In this document: one piece after another, positions 61,065 to 64,000 of the stretch
Position numbering within the stretch: position 1 is the stretch's first letter
Layout: each line of letters opens with the position of its first letter
Assembly: GCA_034780895.1 (NCBI GenBank)
Contig: JAUZTB010000087.1
Span: 85,955,153 to 86,019,152 of the forward strand
Reading direction: 5' to 3'
Source: Rhynchobatus australiae
Taxonomy: Eukaryota
DNA: 64,000 nucleotides
Notes under the pieces: generated by a model
Seen by the model: only the letters and a program-made list of their open reading frames with translations
Told to the model about the DNA's origin: nothing
Database searches by the model: none
Translations under genes and position numbers: made by a program

Positions 61065-61528
61065 TTAGCATAGTCACACAGCTGGTAGAACTGCTCCCTC
61101 AAATTTCCAGCAACCTGGGTTCAATCCTGACCTTTAGTGCTATCTGTACAGAGTTTGTATGTTATCCCTGTGAATACATGCATTTTTTCCAGGTGGTCAG
61201 GTTTCCTCCCATATCCCAAAGACAAGTGGGTTGGTAAGTTAATTAGCCTATGTAAATTGCACCAAGTGTGCAGCTGAATGGCAAAATCGCGGGGTGGGGG
61301 GTGGGGTAGAGAGGGGAATTGATGAGAATGTGGGGAGAAAGGTTACAGGAAAAATTAGTGGGAGGATGGGATTCCTCTGTAGACTCAATNNNNNNNNNNN
61401 NNNNNNNNNNNNNNNNNNNNNNNNNNNNNNNNNNNNNNNNNNNNNNNNNNNNNNNNNNNNNNNNNNNNNNNNNNNNNNNNNNNNNNNNNCTCTGTAGACT
61501 CAATGGGTCGAATGGCTTTCTATGTTCA
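61065..61528 (+). mobile_element. HE1-type V-SINE (contains an overlap-type N gap)
   Basis: cagctggtagaactgct...cctgggttcaatcctgacc (A/B boxes), ggtttcctcccatatcccaaagac V-domain, CR1-like tail aatgggtcgaatggc. Confidence 0.85.
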
Positions 61529-62129
61529 CAGAAATATGAAATTATTGAAAAGTTTTGGTATTAGAATAAGAGACTAAATTGCCACTCTAGTTCATGGAGG
61601 TGGTTGTCATTTGGCAGGACCTTTCTCTAATTTTAAGAATATTATGATTTATCTGGTTAACACTACCAGCTTGAAGTTTTATCCAAAAATCTTTTTGGTT
61701 TCCAATAGTTCTGCGCACCTTAAATGGCTATAGTTACAGCTGTAATGCCAAAGATCTTTCCATATGGACCTGCATTTTAAATTACTGACTTTTCCAATTG
61801 TTTCAAAAGCCCCACGTCCATATAAAACTTGAATTAATGTGACTGGCAATTGAACCTTTTGGAAACCATATATTTTCGGTAACTTAAATCTTGGAATATC
61901 ATTTACTTTAAATTAAGTAGGTACTTCTGAATCTGAGGTTGATTCACTAGTTTGACTGCTTTGTAGAAAAGCTGCTCACCTCATGGAATTCTCCAGTTAG
62001 ATTGTTCTAGTTAAGATGAGTTATTTGAATAGAGCTGAAATAGTTGCTTGACAGTAAATTCATATCTGCACATTTACTTAGGTGGTTCCTTGGGAGTTAT
62101 GATGGTCTTCACTCCAGTTCTGATGTGAC

Positions 62130-62560
62130 TAAAGCCAATTTGGAACCTATTGAGGCAGGAGGTATCTGATGAGATGGTGGGGAGGGTAGTTTGTGGTGCA
62201 CTCCTTGCCTTGTTTGTGCTGGGCTTCTGTATGCTCCTGATGCATTGACTTGAGCTGCTTCAGTGCTGCCCCCACTCCTCTATTTAGAGCAGACATGGAC
62301 CAGGGATTCTCAGGTAATTAGGGATGCTGCAGTTTTCAAGGAGGCTTTGGAAACCAACTCTTTCACTTTGTTCCCTGATAATTTCTTGCCATGACAGAGC
62401 CCTATACAGTGTCTGTTTCAGAAGTTGGAGTTGGGTATATAAATGATGTGACCTATCCAATGGAGCAGTAAGTATGTTATTCAGGACCTTGGCACTGCAA
62501 ATGTTGGCCTAGGTGAGGATTTAGCTTTGAAATGCTGCTGCGTATAGTCCAAGTGTTGGA
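62130..62560 (-). mobile_element. RTE (BovB-like) LINE 3' fragment
   Basis: Reverse strand ctctgtcatggcaagaaattatcaggg...aaagcctccttgaaaactgcagcatccc resembles HGK..GGQ.KR.KD.LKASLK.C.I. Confidence 0.55.
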
Positions 62561-62954
62561 TCCTTGCTGGCTGGTTGACCATGGATAGCTTGAGAATGAA
62601 AGTACTACTTTGTAAAAGTCAAAGATAAAATGGCTGTTAATGACAGGTAGAAACTGATTAGGATCCCTTTGGGGCAGAATTGCTGATGGTTAAATGAACT
62701 AATTATTAACAAGAGGCTCTAATAAATGTTAAATTGGTACATCATCTTATTTCAGACTTGAGTTTTGATGTACTTAGACCTAAACTTTGAGCTTCAGTGG
62801 GATGTGAGGCCCCATGCATTTATGTGCATATCAGACATGTGAGTGACCAACAAGTGAGTTCTTCTCTGTCACCTAAATTCAGAGATTTCTGTTCCTTTTC
62901 TATGGGTACTCAGATTAGAAAATATCGACAGCATCAAGGTCTCCTTGTTGGCTG

Positions 62955-64000
62955 TTCAAAGTTGAGTTTATTGTCACATGCACAAGTATATAAATGCACA
63001 GGTGCAATGAGAAACTTGCAGCAGTATCACAGGCATATAGCATTACAGGTGCAATATTCACAACAAAAACATAAACTAAACAAATTATACAAGAAAACGC
63101 AATTGGGACAAAAAGTCCATTGTAGTGCAAAGTGGTCATAGTGTTGCTTTTGTGATTTAGGGCTTTGCAGGTTGGTTTAAGAACGGAACAGTTGAAGGGA
63201 AGGGGATGTTCTTGAACCTGATAGTGTGAGACCTTAGGCTTTGGTACCACCTGCACAATGGTAGTAGTGAGAAGATGGCATGGTCTGGATGGTGAGGATC
63301 TTTGATGGATGTTTCCTCCTTGAGGCAGCACCTCATATTGATATTTCAATGATAGGGAGGGATATACCCATGATTTATTGGGCTGAGTCCACTACTTTCT
63401 GCAGCAGCTTGTGCTCCTGCACATTTGAATTGCCTTACCAGACCCTAATGCAGCCAGTCAGGATGCTTTCAACAATACATCTGTAGAAGTTTAAGAGAGT
63501 GCAGTGACATACCGAACCTCCTTAACCTTCTAAGAAAGTAAAGATGCTTGTGCGCTTTCCTTGTGATTTTATCTATGTTCTGCGCCCAGGACAGGTTATC
63601 ACCCAGAGATTTAAAGCTGCTGATCCCACAATGTAGACGGGCGCATGTTCACCCTCCTTCCCCTTCCTGAGGTCAATAATCACTTCTTTGGTTTTACTGA
63701 CATTGAGCAAGAGGTTGTTGTTGTGGCACCACTCAACTAGGTGTCCTTTCTCACTCTGGTAAGCTGACTCATCTCCACCAGTGATTCATCCAGCAACAAT
63801 GGTGTTTGTTGGAGGATTTGTATTTGGCATTAGAGCTGAGTATAGTAAATAGAACAGGACTAAGCACACAGCTTGAGGTGCATCTGTGCTTGATGGTTAG
63901 TGAGGAGGCAATGTTGTTACCAATCCTCACTGAGATCTGATGAGGAAGTCAAGGATCCAGTTGCAGAGGGAAGTACAGAGGCCCAAGTTGAAGCTTGGTG
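62955..64000 (-). mobile_element. Rex1/Babar-type LINE, continues past the window end
   Basis: Tail ttcaaagttgagtttattgtcaca (minus-strand AATAAA); same family as 8235 and 58683; RT C-terminal remnants. Confidence 0.8.

Noticed and set aside
58560-61140. tRNA-like A/B boxes at 58560 and 61065 (also 20600 on the minus strand)
   Set aside because: These are SINE heads continuing into V-domain and LINE-derived tails, with no cloverleaf; they are not tRNA genes.

Overview
Eukaryotic, AT-rich, CpG-depleted vertebrate DNA. The repeat content (HE1-type V-SINEs, Deu-domain SINEs, CR1, Rex1/Babar, RTE, Penelope, Tigger) points to a cartilaginous fish (inference). The whole window lies inside one + strand gene, the USP9X/usp9 (FAF-X) deubiquitinase. 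I traced 22 consecutive GT-AG coding exons from 1922 to 57899. They total 3588 nt (1196 codons, phases consistent) and are colinear with roughly residues 33-1228 of human USP9X as recalled from memory. The start codon and the catalytic USP domain lie outside the window. Two exons are split by spurious 100-N gaps. Nearly all other ORFs in the track are N-gap artefacts or decayed retroelement frames. The introns hold nested transposon fossils. The leads most worth checking are: (i) Penelope-derived minimal hammerhead-ribozyme motifs in sense orientation, one with an intact core at 7742-7784 and several with the core deleted; (ii) a candidate poison exon at 28351-28503; (iii) an antisense solo LTR with CCAAT, TATA and AATAAA signals; (iv) a Tigger transposase fossil plus three TA-flanked MITEs; (v) a CR1 probably collapsed into a 100-N gap. 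I cannot claim a new biological system with confidence. All homology calls are from recognition, not from database searches.
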